IMG/VR virus record: IMGVR_UViG_3300042868_009489
Strand: one strand, 5' to 3'
Length of the DNA: 64,000 bases
Origin: a virus
A program made the translations under genes and the position numbers. This document shows positions 52,762-62,674 of the stretch, in pieces; positions within the stretch are counted from its first letter, which is position 1, and every line of letters starts with the position of its first letter. Below the pieces are notes generated by a model. The model was not told where the DNA came from and did not search any database. It was given only the letters and a program-made list of their open reading frames with translations.

Positions 52762-53461
52762 TTAATAACAGAATATGAATAGGTTGAATGCACAACATGA
52801 TGTTCCGTCATTATATGCTATCCATCTAGAGACATGGCCTTCTCCACCCGCACAATAACTGTTGCCATATCCGGCGTTTGTACAGTGCGGAGCGCAAGGT
52901 TGGTCGTTGTAAGTTCCATTTATCCAACCGTTGCCACCGTCATAAGGAGTAACAAAATTCCATTGTGGAGAAACGCTCGGACAAGCATGAGTAGCACAAT
53001 TTACGTAACCGCACCAACCATCTACATATGCCGTATCTCTTAAATACTCCCCACAACATCCATTGGCATACCAGCCCTGGAGCACTTGCCCATCACACGC
53101 TAGACGAACAAAAGTATCAAACGCCGGACAACCAGCACATGGATCAAAGAACGGTGGGAAGAATGGTGGGAAATAAGGAGGGAAAAATGGTGGGAAGAAA
53201 GGTGGAAAATAAGGAGAAGTAATTGCATAATCAATAGAAGATCCTAGTAGGATAACTTCTCCACCTGTTATTGTTGTATCTACCGTATTTAGAAGATCTA
53301 ATATAGGATCAGCTTCTAATCTATTATAGCTAGTTACATTTCCAACTGTAAAACCAGCGTTAGTTATTATAGTGTTGGCATTGGTAGCAGATGTGCCTTT
53401 TGCTATTGTAGGCTTTATAAATTTTCTGGCTCCGACCTGAGCTGCCCACTGGAATTGTCAT
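52762..53461 (-). CDS. PASTA-like + short (PPFF) repeat + Cys-rich domain protein, about 232 aa after +1 shift at CGGA 53431-53434
   Basis: MTIPVGSSG c GARKFIKPTIAKGTSATNANTIITNAGFTVGNVT...GSSIDYAITSPYFPPFFPPFFPPYFPPFFPPFFDPCAGCP...; paralog of 46057..46582. Confidence 0.75.
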
Positions 53462-53465
53462 AAAA

Positions 53466-54593
53466 TTAAACCTTTAGATCGCCCATTACTACCCAAGTGT
53501 TAGCAGCTAACTTAACTAGTGTAGCACCTGACCATCGAGCACGCAAACGATATCCAGGAGTTCCATTTACGGTAACTGAAGATCCAGCTATTGTTACTTC
53601 TCCAGTGCCAGCTCTTAAAAGATCTATTCTATCTCCAGCTGATAAAATATTAGATACAGTTACTGTTGTATCAGAATTAGACTCAATTGTTACTAGTTTA
53701 GCTAAATCTGTACTTTGTAAAGTATAGCTTGTAGTTTGTGCGTTCAGGGTAGAATTAAATCCTGCCCTAGCTGGACCAGATACTAAGTCAGTTGTAGTAA
53801 TAGAGTTACTTAATGATAATTTAGAATAAGCAATGTTTGCCGAGGCACTGACCTTATTGTCGTTTATTCCTCCTGCTTTAACCATCAAGGCACCAGCATC
53901 CATATACATGCTGTTTTCATCAATTCGAACAACTCCAGCAACTGACTCTGAAGCGTATACGTGGTTTCCTGCGTTATACCCAGTAACTCTGCCGTTTTGG
54001 TCAATTGTTAAACCGGTAATAAAAATGCTTGTATTATTACTCGCATCAACAGTGACAGAAGTAGCAGCCAAAATTGGTAGACTGGCGTCATTAACCCAAG
54101 CGGTTCCATTCCATTTAAGGAAATCTCCAGATGATGGTGTTGCCGCAGAGACATCAAGAAGACCATCTAATCCAACAATAGGTCCTGGAGGTCCTTCTGG
54201 TCCCGTTGCACCATCTGCACCATCTGCACCATCTGCACCTGGAGCACCTGCAGCACCTGCAGCACCGTTTATACCGTTTATACCGTTTTCACCATCGGCA
54301 CCATCGGCACCAGGCGCACCAGGAGCACCTGTATCGCCAGTTGCCCCCGTATCGCCAGTTGCTCCAGTGGCACCTGTAGCACCAGTTGGACCAACGACTG
54401 ATGATGGAACCCAAGCAGTACCATTCCATTGAAGAACTTCACCACTTGATGGAGTTGCCGCAGAAACATTCGACAAGCCATCTAAGGTAATGTTGTTTGC
54501 ACCAATCCATTTTTCACCATTGAATTGCCAAGTAAAAGAACCTACGGTATAGGTTTCACCGTTTGTTGGGGAGTCTGGGAAGTTAATAGCCAT
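53466..54593 (-). CDS. Collagen-like tail fibre protein
   Basis: MAINFP.SP..G...WQFNG.KW N-terminus, Gly-X-Y run, same C-terminal WV..GDL domain as 46584..49367. Confidence 0.8.
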   Translation of the reverse strand: MAINFPDSPTNGETYTVGSFTWQFNGEKWIGANNITLDGLSNVSAATPSSGEVLQWNGTAWVPSSVVGPTGATGATGATGDTGATGDTGAPGAPGADGADGENGINGINGAAGAAGAPGADGADGADGATGPEGPPGPIVGLDGLLDVSAATPSSGDFLKWNGTAWVNDASLPILAATSVTVDASNNTSIFITGLTIDQNGRVTGYNAGNHVYASESVAGVVRIDENSMYMDAGALMVKAGGINDNKVSASANIAYSKLSLSNSITTTDLVSGPARAGFNSTLNAQTTSYTLQSTDLAKLVTIESNSDTTVTVSNILSAGDRIDLLRAGTGEVTIAGSSVTVNGTPGYRLRARWSGATLVKLAANTWVVMGDLKV

Positions 54594-54598
54594 AACTG

Positions 54599-54823
54599 TT
54601 ATGCTTCCAAATTATTATTTAGAGTGGAAAAAGTGTCGTTGTTGTCTTTCATGGCTTGGATGGTCGTTTCTGCCCATTGTTCGGCTTCTTCTTTTGTCCA
54701 GGGCGCACCGCCACTTGGGGAATCGGGTTGAATTATGGTATTGCGAAGAGTACTCCCCCTAACGATTCCTGTCTGTGTAATGGTGACTTTGTTTTGGTCG
54801 TCAACTTCGTATGTATATTCCAT
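54599..54823 (-). CDS. Hypothetical (fibre chaperone-like) protein
   Basis: QPD.P.G.PW..EEA..WA; AAGGAG RBS. Confidence 0.55.
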   Translation of the reverse strand: MEYTYEVDDQNKVTITQTGIVRGSTLRNTIIQPDSPSGGAPWTKEEAEQWAETTIQAMKDNNDTFSTLNNNLEA

Positions 54824-54832
54824 GATGTCTCC

Positions 54833-57800
54833 TTAAACCACGTATTCTATGATTACAGCGCCATTTGAACCCATCATGGGGTAAGTAGTGCCTGTGTATC
54901 CTGCTGCTGTTCCAACAGTAAATGAATAGACGTTTGATGGAACAACAGTAACTTGAAAAACCTCTATTACCCCATCTTGCCCACGGCTTGACTGTGCTTT
55001 AGTTTCAACTCTAGATTGGAAAAAGTCGCCTGAAAGCAATTCATACAGTGTCGATGCATAAGCAGTTGTTTTTCCTCCAACGCCTCCAGAGCCAGGGTAC
55101 CTATTTTCTGCAGTAAGTTCTGACGAAGTAGAGCCACTACCTCCAGACACTCTTCCATCCTGGAAATAACTGTCATTAACAGTCTGTTCGTGGGACTGTC
55201 CTACTGTTCCACCAAGAGCCGTGTATGTTGTCCCACTAACAACAAAAGTTGTTGAGCCAGCAGTTCCTTCAGGAGCAGCAATACTGCTAACTGCTGAGTT
55301 TAGTTTAGATGTTGCCGTTGCCTGAGCAATACCGCCTGCCCCGCCTGCACCAATAAGTGTCAGTTTTATTTGTGTGACACCAGCAGGACAAGTCCATGTT
55401 CCGCTTCCGTTTGTTGTGTACTTTGCAACATAGATTTTGGGAGTTGTAATTGCCGCGGTAACAAATGCTGTTGTCGCTACTGCCGTAGTGTTATTTCCAG
55501 CCGACTGTGTAGTCGCAATTGTTCCTGTTGGAAGTGTCGGAGTACCAGTAAAAGTTGGACTATCAAGAGGTGCTTTTAGCCCAATAGCAGTCGCTGTCGT
55601 AGTAGCAAAGTTTGTGTCATCTCCAAGCGCTGCGGCTAGTTCATCGAGTGTGTTCAATGTTGCTGGGGCAGAATCTACAATTGCCGCTACTGCCGCATCT
55701 GTATAAGCAGTTGTAGCAATTTGAGTGTTATTCGTTCCAGGGGCAGCAGTTGGTGCAGTTGGTGTTCCGGTTAAGTCTGGGCTAGCCAAAGGTGCCTTAG
55801 TATCGATCTGTGTTTGAATAGCGGAAGTGACACCATCTAGATAACCAATTTCTGTGTCTGTGACGTTGGTGACTCGTGTCTGAATCACACTTGTATTAAC
55901 AGCAATCGTTGGTGTTGCTCCCTCACCAGAGTTATTAGAAAGGATCACACCCGTTCCAGCAACCAATGATGTTACATATGAACCAGTTGTGTCTGTACCT
56001 AAATCAATAACATCATTGACCCAAGCAGTTCCGCTCCACTTAAGAAAATCCCCAGTTGATGGTGTTGCCGCAGAGACATCAAGAAGACCATCTAACGCAA
56101 CAACAGGTCCAGTTGGTCCTGTGGCACCAGTTGGTCCTGTGGCACCAGTTGGTCCTGTGGCACCAGTTGGTCCTGTGGCACCAGTTGGTCCTGTGGCACC
56201 AGTTGGTCCTGTGGCACCAGTTGGTCCTGTGGCACCAGTTTCACCCTGAGCACCAGCTCCGCCAACTATTTCAACCCAAAATGAGTCATAATAAACAAAA
56301 GTTTTTCCAGTATCAGACTCATACCAGAGTTGACCAGCCAATGGTGATACTGGGGCTGTATCAGAGATAGTTGCGCCACCAATAATGGTTTCAGCTACCC
56401 AAGCGGTACCGTTCCACTTTAAGAATTGCCCACTTGATGGAGTTGCGGCAGAAACATTACCTATATCGTCTAAGGTATTAATTGTTGGTATATTAGCATT
56501 TATCCAATTGGTTCCATCAAACTTTAAGAATTGTCCTGTAGCATTTCCGCTAATAACTACGTCATCCATGTCTGTTGTTAGATCAAGTTTTCTATTTATC
56601 CATTTACTTCCGTTGTACAATAGTGCGTCTCCACTACTTACGGAACCTAACATTACGTCACCAGACAAGTTATCTAATCTACCAGAGATTACAACGGCAG
56701 TACTTTGAATTGCAGCATAGATGACAATTTGCATTTCGTCTTGATCTGGTGGAGTTTCAAAGTTTACAGTTACATAGTCCTCTGAATAAGCACCTAGTGA
56801 ATTAGTGGTACTCCATCTAGCTTGTATAACTTCATGTGTTGCATTACTTCTTATTGTCACTACAACATCTGCTGTATTAAAGCCATGATAAATTGTAAAG
56901 TCAGTATTTGTACCATTACCTCGAGTAACAGAAATTGTTGTTCCTTCAGGTTGTTCAGGAAGAATACTATTTATCCATTTTCCTAAACCACTATCCCATA
57001 TAAGAACTTGCCCATTTAGAACATTATTGGTAAGAACGTCTGAAAGTTTAGCCGTATTAAAAGCGCTGTTTATCCAAGCTGAACCATTATGTAATAAAAC
57101 ATTATTTGCTGTAGCATTTGAAAGAGTGACGCCAGATAAGTCGTCTAATGTTCTATTATTAATATACGTTACGGCATTTGAATAGGCTGTATTCCCAACT
57201 GTATCAGCATAAGCGCTTACGCTTGACGCCGAGTTTGCTATATTGGAAACCATGTTTGTAGTATAAGAGTCTGCTACTTTAATAACTGGCGTCATTCCTT
57301 CACCAGAATTATCAGTTATTGTTATACCGGTGCCAGAAACTAAGTTTGCCACATACTGACCTGTTGTGTCTGCGCCAAGTGCTACGGAATTAGAGGCAAT
57401 TGTTGTTGTTATGGTTACGTTTGCACTACCGTCTATCCAAACATCACCAGTTACGTCACCATCTAAGATAATTTTTCTTTGATTAGTCCAGACTAATGCA
57501 TTGCTTGCTGTGCCGGTTACGTTCCCAGTGTGTACTCCATTGCTATTTCCAGTTACATTACCTGTGACATTACCAGTTAAATTACCAGTTACATCTCCTG
57601 TGATATTACCAGTTACATTTCCAGTTACATTACCTGTGACATTGCCTACCAAAGCAGCCGTTACTTGGTTGAAGGCAACGTTTGCATTAGTGGCAACTGA
57701 TTGAGGAATTGAGATAGTTGGGACTGAAGCTTCACCGGAATTGTTCGTAATTATTATACCAGTACCAGCGCTGAGGTGATCTACATAATCACCAATCGTA

Positions 57801-58702
57801 TCTGTAGATAAATTAATAGCATCATTAATCCAAACAGATCCATTATATCTAAAAAAATCACCATTGGCTACGTTGCTAAGAGTAACATCTGTTAAATCAT
57901 CGATTGATGCATTCAGTGTAGCTAGGGTAACAGTATTACTAATCCAGGCAGATCCGTTATATCTAAAGAAGTCACCATTGGCTGGAGTGGTTAAGGTAAC
58001 ATCTGTTAGATCATTTATTACTGCATTCAGTGTTATCGTTGGAGTGGTAGTTTCTCCAGAGTTATTAGCTAAAGAAATTCCTGTTCCAGCAACTAAAGAA
58101 GCAACATAATCACCAGTTGTGTCAGTACCTAAAGCTACAGAATTAGCAACTATAGTTGCAGTAAGAGTTACATTAGCAGAACCATCTATCGAAACGTTTC
58201 CAGATAAGTCACCACCTAAAGTGATTAATCTGGAATTAGTCCATTTTGCTGCTGAACCAGTATATGCATTTGCTGATAATACTTCTGTTCCATTGATCTT
58301 AATTACTTTTCCTGAAGCAAGATCTATATTTTCGGAAGAAGTCCAAGATCCAGTGCTATTACTCCAGTTGAAGGTTTTATCCGTAGCTCCTTTTAGTGTT
58401 ATTCCACCACCATCTGCTGTTATGTTAGATGGTGAGGATACATTAGCAAGTTCAATGTTTTTATCTTCAACAAAAATTGATTCTGCATTTACTGTAACAG
58501 TAGTGCCATTAACGGTAAGATTTCCAGAAACTACTAAATTTCCAGAAACCTGAACACTATCCTCTGTTGTTATTTGAGTATTTGAAGTTTGAAGTAAATT
58601 TAAAGATGAACTAACTAATGCACCATTGCTATCTTTGAAGAAGAATACTCCAGAGCTAGGATCAATGGCTATTTGGCTACTAGTAATACTTGGATTAGCC
58701 AC
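54833..58702 (-). CDS. Long tail fibre protein with collagen-like and glycine-rich C-terminal domains
   Basis: VEDKNIEL...[12 protein letters not shown] repeats, xNG..W.N repeats, (GATGPT)x7, [21 protein letters not shown]. Confidence 0.8.
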   Translation of the reverse strand: MANPSITSSQIAIDPSSGVFFFKDSNGALVSSSLNLLQTSNTQITTEDSVQVSGNLVVSGNLTVNGTTVTVNAESIFVEDKNIELANVSSPSNITADGGGITLKGATDKTFNWSNSTGSWTSSENIDLASGKVIKINGTEVLSANAYTGSAAKWTNSRLITLGGDLSGNVSIDGSANVTLTATIVANSVALGTDTTGDYVASLVAGTGISLANNSGETTTPTITLNAVINDLTDVTLTTPANGDFFRYNGSAWISNTVTLATLNASIDDLTDVTLSNVANGDFFRYNGSVWINDAINLSTDTIGDYVDHLSAGTGIIITNNSGEASVPTISIPQSVATNANVAFNQVTAALVGNVTGNVTGNVTGNITGDVTGNLTGNVTGNVTGNSNGVHTGNVTGTASNALVWTNQRKIILDGDVTGDVWIDGSANVTITTTIASNSVALGADTTGQYVANLVSGTGITITDNSGEGMTPVIKVADSYTTNMVSNIANSASSVSAYADTVGNTAYSNAVTYINNRTLDDLSGVTLSNATANNVLLHNGSAWINSAFNTAKLSDVLTNNVLNGQVLIWDSGLGKWINSILPEQPEGTTISVTRGNGTNTDFTIYHGFNTADVVVTIRSNATHEVIQARWSTTNSLGAYSEDYVTVNFETPPDQDEMQIVIYAAIQSTAVVISGRLDNLSGDVMLGSVSSGDALLYNGSKWINRKLDLTTDMDDVVISGNATGQFLKFDGTNWINANIPTINTLDDIGNVSAATPSSGQFLKWNGTAWVAETIIGGATISDTAPVSPLAGQLWYESDTGKTFVYYDSFWVEIVGGAGAQGETGATGPTGATGPTGATGPTGATGPTGATGPTGATGPTGATGPTGPVVALDGLLDVSAATPSTGDFLKWSGTAWVNDVIDLGTDTTGSYVTSLVAGTGVILSNNSGEGATPTIAVNTSVIQTRVTNVTDTEIGYLDGVTSAIQTQIDTKAPLASPDLTGTPTAPTAAPGTNNTQIATTAYTDAAVAAIVDSAPATLNTLDELAAALGDDTNFATTTATAIGLKAPLDSPTFTGTPTLPTGTIATTQSAGNNTTAVATTAFVTAAITTPKIYVAKYTTNGSGTWTCPAGVTQIKLTLIGAGGAGGIAQATATSKLNSAVSSIAAPEGTAGSTTFVVSGTTYTALGGTVGQSHEQTVNDSYFQDGRVSGGSGSTSSELTAENRYPGSGGVGGKTTAYASTLYELLSGDFFQSRVETKAQSSRGQDGVIEVFQVTVVPSNVYSFTVGTAAGYTGTTYPMMGSNGAVIIEYVV
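56109..56240. repeat. Perfect 18-bp tandem repeat x7 encoding (GATGPT)n
   Basis: Unit ccagttggtcctgtggca repeated without variation. Confidence 0.95.
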
Positions 58703-58721
58703 TATAAAACCTTTCCTTTAT

Positions 58722-60998
58722 TTAGAAAGTTCCACCGTCTACTGTGTCACTCCATGCAGGTACTCCTGCTACAACTTTTAAGAATTGATCACTAGTACCT
58801 ATTGATAATTTAGATAATGTGTTTGTTGCACTAGCGTAAACTATATCTCCAGTTGCATAAGTTGAAAATCCAGTACCACCCTTGCCAGAAGCAATGACTG
58901 TACCACTCCATGTTCCAGTTGTAATTGTTCCAACTGTTACAATGTCATCATCACCAGAATATGTTCCAGCAGCAACGTTTGCTAATATTGAGCTATAAGC
59001 TTGTACATTTGAGCCAATTGCTAGACCTAATGCAGTTCTTGCGCTATCAGCAGTTGTTGAACCAGTACCACCGTAAGCAATTGCTACAGCAGTTCCTTGC
59101 CATGCACCTGTTGCTATTGTTCCAACTGAAGTCAAGCTTGAAGTGACTACACCAGAACCAAGTGTTGTATTACTTAACACCGATGTTCCGTTAATTTCAT
59201 AAACTTTACCAGAAACTAAATTCATATTCTCTGATGAAGTCCATGCATCTGTTGCATCAACCCAGGTAAGCGTCTTATCTGTTGCACCGAGAATTGTAAT
59301 ACCAGCACCGTCAGCAGTTATATCAGATGGTGTTGCAACATTAGCAAGAACTATATTCTTATCTTCAACAACTAATGTTCCAGTATTGAGAGTTGTAGTG
59401 TTTCCCTGAACTATTAAGTCCCCAGTTACTGTAAGAGTGTTTCCAATTGTTACATCATCTGGAAGACCAATTGTGATTACTCCAGTGTAAGGACCAGTTC
59501 CAGTACCAGAAACAGTAACCTCATTTGAGGTACCGGTTATTGATGTAACTGCAGCGGTTGTTAAGTCGCTAATTTGTGATCCAGTAATTGAAATTGCTGT
59601 ATTTCCAGCAGCCGTTAAACGACCCTGTGCGTCAACTGTGAATGTTCCAACAGTACCCGCACCACCATAACCACCAGCTGAAACAGTTGTGTTAGCAATT
59701 TTGTTTGCAGTAACTGCTCTATCATCAATTTTTCCCGTAGTGATTGCTGCATCGACCATCATTGAAGTCGATATTGTGCTGTTTGGCAGTACTACAGTTC
59801 CTGTAAAAGTTGGACTTGCAAGTGGTGCTTTTAGATCAAGTGCAGTCTGGGTTGCGGTAGAAATTGGTTTACTTGCATCAGATGTGTTATCTACGTTTCC
59901 AAGACCAACGCTTGATTTTGTTACCGAGTAGTTAACTTTTGCATTTGCATCGTCGTAAGTAACTGTGATTCCATCTTGTGTGCCATTAGTTACTAATGTT
60001 CCAAAAGCATCTTGAGCGGCTTCGGCAAAATCTGTAACTGCTGTTGATGCAATTGAGATTGCAGTATTAGCAGCAGCTGTTAGACGACCTTGTGCATCAA
60101 CTGTGTAATTTGGAACCGTACTTGCATTACCGTATGAGCCAGCTGTTACAGCTGTACTGTCAAGATTTAATGTAATTGTATCTGTCGTTGCAGCAGATGT
60201 TAAACCAGTTCCGCCAGAAATTGTAAAGGTATCACCAGCTGTAATTGTTTGACTTGATCCACCATCTGCTGCTGCTGTAAATGATTGTGCGGCTACAGAA
60301 AAATCGACCTTTGCGTTTGCGTCATCGTAGGTAACTGTAATTCCAGATTGTGAACCACCAGATACCAATGTGCCATAAGCGTCTTGCGATGCTTCGTTAA
60401 AATCTGAAACTTGACTTGCTGTTATTGAGATTGATGTATTTCCTGCTGCCGTTAAACGACCTTGGGCATCGACAGTAAATGTTCCAACGGTACCTGCGCC
60501 TCCGTAAGAGCCACTTGTAACAGTCGTGCTATCAAGATTTAAGGTTATAGTATCAGTAGCTCCTGCAACTGAAGTCAATCCCGTGCCACCAGCAATCGTT
60601 AATGTATCAGATCCGCTTGTAATCGTTTGATTAGATCCAGAATCTCCAGCTACAGTAAATGATGTAGCTATGTTTGCAATTGTATTATTTACACCAGATA
60701 TGCTTCCATCAACATATAGTTTTGTTGCAGCATGGTTGTTTGCAGTTGGTGTTGCGACAATTGTTGTACCGCTAAATGTTTTGTTACCAGTTATTGTTTG
60801 AACGGTTCCCAAAGAAACAAATGCGCCAACACCGGCAATGGCTGGAACTGTATTTGCAGTGCCAGTGCCGTCGTCTCCATAACCATAATAAAGTGTATTG
60901 TCAGCTTCGTTATAAGCTAACTCTGCGTTCTTAAGAGAGCTTGGCGCACCTGCTAAGCCAGTGCCAGCTCTTCTTTTGATTCTTAATATATTAGCCAT
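58722..60998 (-). CDS. Tail fibre / structural protein
   Basis: MANILRIKR...APSSL..AELAYNE; three TVDAQGRLTAA.N repeats; VEDKNI; ends DGGTF. Confidence 0.8.
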   Translation of the reverse strand: MANILRIKRRAGTGLAGAPSSLKNAELAYNEADNTLYYGYGDDGTGTANTVPAIAGVGAFVSLGTVQTITGNKTFSGTTIVATPTANNHAATKLYVDGSISGVNNTIANIATSFTVAGDSGSNQTITSGSDTLTIAGGTGLTSVAGATDTITLNLDSTTVTSGSYGGAGTVGTFTVDAQGRLTAAGNTSISITASQVSDFNEASQDAYGTLVSGGSQSGITVTYDDANAKVDFSVAAQSFTAAADGGSSQTITAGDTFTISGGTGLTSAATTDTITLNLDSTAVTAGSYGNASTVPNYTVDAQGRLTAAANTAISIASTAVTDFAEAAQDAFGTLVTNGTQDGITVTYDDANAKVNYSVTKSSVGLGNVDNTSDASKPISTATQTALDLKAPLASPTFTGTVVLPNSTISTSMMVDAAITTGKIDDRAVTANKIANTTVSAGGYGGAGTVGTFTVDAQGRLTAAGNTAISITGSQISDLTTAAVTSITGTSNEVTVSGTGTGPYTGVITIGLPDDVTIGNTLTVTGDLIVQGNTTTLNTGTLVVEDKNIVLANVATPSDITADGAGITILGATDKTLTWVDATDAWTSSENMNLVSGKVYEINGTSVLSNTTLGSGVVTSSLTSVGTIATGAWQGTAVAIAYGGTGSTTADSARTALGLAIGSNVQAYSSILANVAAGTYSGDDDIVTVGTITTGTWSGTVIASGKGGTGFSTYATGDIVYASATNTLSKLSIGTSDQFLKVVAGVPAWSDTVDGGTF

Positions 60999-61352
60999 TT
61001 AAAAATTTCCTCCATTAATACTAAGTTCTGCGCTGTTATTACTCAGCGATTCAACAGACTTATTGACCCATTGAGACCCATTATAAATTAAAACATCCTT
61101 AGTTCCAACATTGCTTATAGTAACATCTCCTATGCCATTTAAACTGCTAATGTTTGACTCTACTTCTATTATTCTATCTTTAACAGTAAGATGAGAACCA
61201 GCTGGATTAAGCCCCAGAGTGGTCTGCAAGGCCTCTACAGCGTCGTTTAGGTTGGCATGCTGTTGATGGTGTGGTACTGTGTTTGAATTGAGCTTATCAT
61301 TTGCTGTTGGATTTATCAAAACATCTAATTGATTTGGATAATTTGTTGTCAT
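60999..61352 (-). CDS. Small virion structural protein
   Basis: NYP..LD...HH..H.NLNDAVEALQ..LG; ends NGGNF. Confidence 0.65.
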   Translation of the reverse strand: MTTNYPNQLDVLINPTANDKLNSNTVPHHQQHANLNDAVEALQTTLGLNPAGSHLTVKDRIIEVESNISSLNGIGDVTISNVGTKDVLIYNGSQWVNKSVESLSNNSAELSINGGNF

Positions 61353-61360
61353 ATATCTTC

Positions 61361-61771
61361 CTATAGGCTAATAATTTTTGTTGAAGTATTATTCCATTGT
61401 AACGCCATTGACGAGGGCTCTGCGGTGCCAGAAAAAGGTAGGCCTTCAGAATCATCTATAAAAGCTATTAACCTTGAATCGGAATCAGCTGTACCATACT
61501 GGTAAAAGACAACTGCATTAAATGCTGCTCCATCATAAAAAATAGTTAAGTCATCTGCGTCCAAGACCCCTAAATCATTAGACACATTAGTTAATGCTGC
61601 ACTTCTATATTTTTTTGCTGCCGTTGGTATGATTGAAAGGAATTCATCAGAATTTTGATTTGGGGTATATAAAGAAGTATCTACAAAAGCAACTTTAAGA
61701 CTATTTGCTGATAGGTTTATTTCACCACTCAACATGGATTCTTTTGCTTTTTTATATACAAAATTAGCCAT
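61361..61771 (-). CDS. Virion structural protein
   Basis: MANFVY..AKE.ML.G.INL....LKVA.V...GVLDADD; likely start at 61771. Confidence 0.6.
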   Translation of the reverse strand: MANFVYKKAKESMLSGEINLSANSLKVAFVDTSLYTPNQNSDEFLSIIPTAAKKYRSAALTNVSNDLGVLDADDLTIFYDGAAFNAVVFYQYGTADSDSRLIAFIDDSEGLPFSGTAEPSSMALQWNNTSTKIISL

Positions 61772-61772
61772 A

Positions 61773-62546
61773 TTATATACCCACATCTTTTGAAACTGTT
61801 ATTCTATACTTATAACCTTTTTCAAAATAATCTTTATTGTTAGTATAATATGATGGTGTTGCATCTAGCAATGAAGGAAAGTCTATGTAGATTTCAGGTT
61901 TCCAAGAATGCATTTGAGTAACCGTCTCAACATTCTCCCAACGAGACGGTGACTTCTGAATCTTTTTTCTTTGAGCCTTAAAATACTTAGTAGATAAAAA
62001 GTTAGAAGCTGGACGAGCATTAAAGGTAATAGTGACTCTTCCATCATTGTTATCATTTGCTATGTAAAAAGATCCATTTTTTGGCTCAACAGAATCAATA
62101 TAGAATTCTGGATTTTTAGCTATAATTTGATAACTACTGTAGGCTTCGGTTAAGATTGAATTATCTTCTACTAAAATTTCCTCCATCACCGGAACAACAG
62201 AAGTTGAAAAACCAGAAGGCGTAGCTGCATCTTGTTTTGTAAATTTTATATACTCTTCTGCTACAACTTCATTTGCAGAGTCTAATATGCCTACTACTCT
62301 TAGGTAGTATTCTTGACCAGAAACAAGGACCTTATCCCAGTAAAGAGTTAGGGTTCTAGATATTGTATTGTAGTCAGCCAATGAGTTAATATCCTTAAAA
62401 GGATTAGACACAAGGGTAGGTGTTGCGGCTGATGTTTGAACAATAAATTTATTATTTGTTATAGAACTAATTTTTACTGTTCTGCCAAATTTAATTTTTA
62501 CTTTATCGACACCCACTGAGGCATAATCTATTAAATTTAATGGCAC
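61773..62546 (-). CDS. Ig-like virion protein
   Basis: Beta-rich; I.SVEP.NG, ITFN patterns; directly downstream of the capsid gene; TGAGGAG RBS. Confidence 0.55.
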   Translation of the reverse strand: MPLNLIDYASVGVDKVKIKFGRTVKISSITNNKFIVQTSAATPTLVSNPFKDINSLADYNTISRTLTLYWDKVLVSGQEYYLRVVGILDSANEVVAEEYIKFTKQDAATPSGFSTSVVPVMEEILVEDNSILTEAYSSYQIIAKNPEFYIDSVEPKNGSFYIANDNNDGRVTITFNARPASNFLSTKYFKAQRKKIQKSPSRWENVETVTQMHSWKPEIYIDFPSLLDATPSYYTNNKDYFEKGYKYRITVSKDVGI

Positions 62547-62598
62547 GATTTATCTCCTCAGGAAAAGACTTATACTTAACTAGTAATGGGGGTGGTGC

Positions 62599-62630
62599 AA
62601 AAAAATAAGGGGCAGCTTTCGCTGCCCCCT
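62599..62630 (-). terminator. Intrinsic terminator after the major capsid gene
   Basis: ggggcagc-tttc-gctgcccc hairpin with an A-tract on the left. Confidence 0.8.
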
Positions 62631-62647
62631 ACTTTCTAAGACTGTGT

Positions 62648-62670
62648 CGTAACTATAACAGTCCTAAGGT
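62648..62670 (+). other. 23-nt near-copy of 23S rRNA helix 69 region / I-CeuI site; antisense in the capsid mRNA 3' UTR
   Basis: CGTAACTATAACAGTCCTAAGGT vs conserved 23S CGTAACTATAACGGTCCTAAGGT (22/23). Confidence 0.7.
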
Positions 62671-62674
62671 TCTA

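Noticed and set aside
3119-53434. Split genes as random long-read indel errors or pseudogenes
   Set aside because: All are +1, all at in-frame CGG, mostly outside homopolymers, and multi-kb ORFs are otherwise intact. Not fully excluded without reads.
46066-56240. Tandem repeats as CRISPR arrays
   Set aside because: No spacers; periods of 12 and 18 bp lie inside coding frames.
62648-62670. An rRNA gene
   Set aside because: Match limited to 23 nt; flanks are not rRNA-like.
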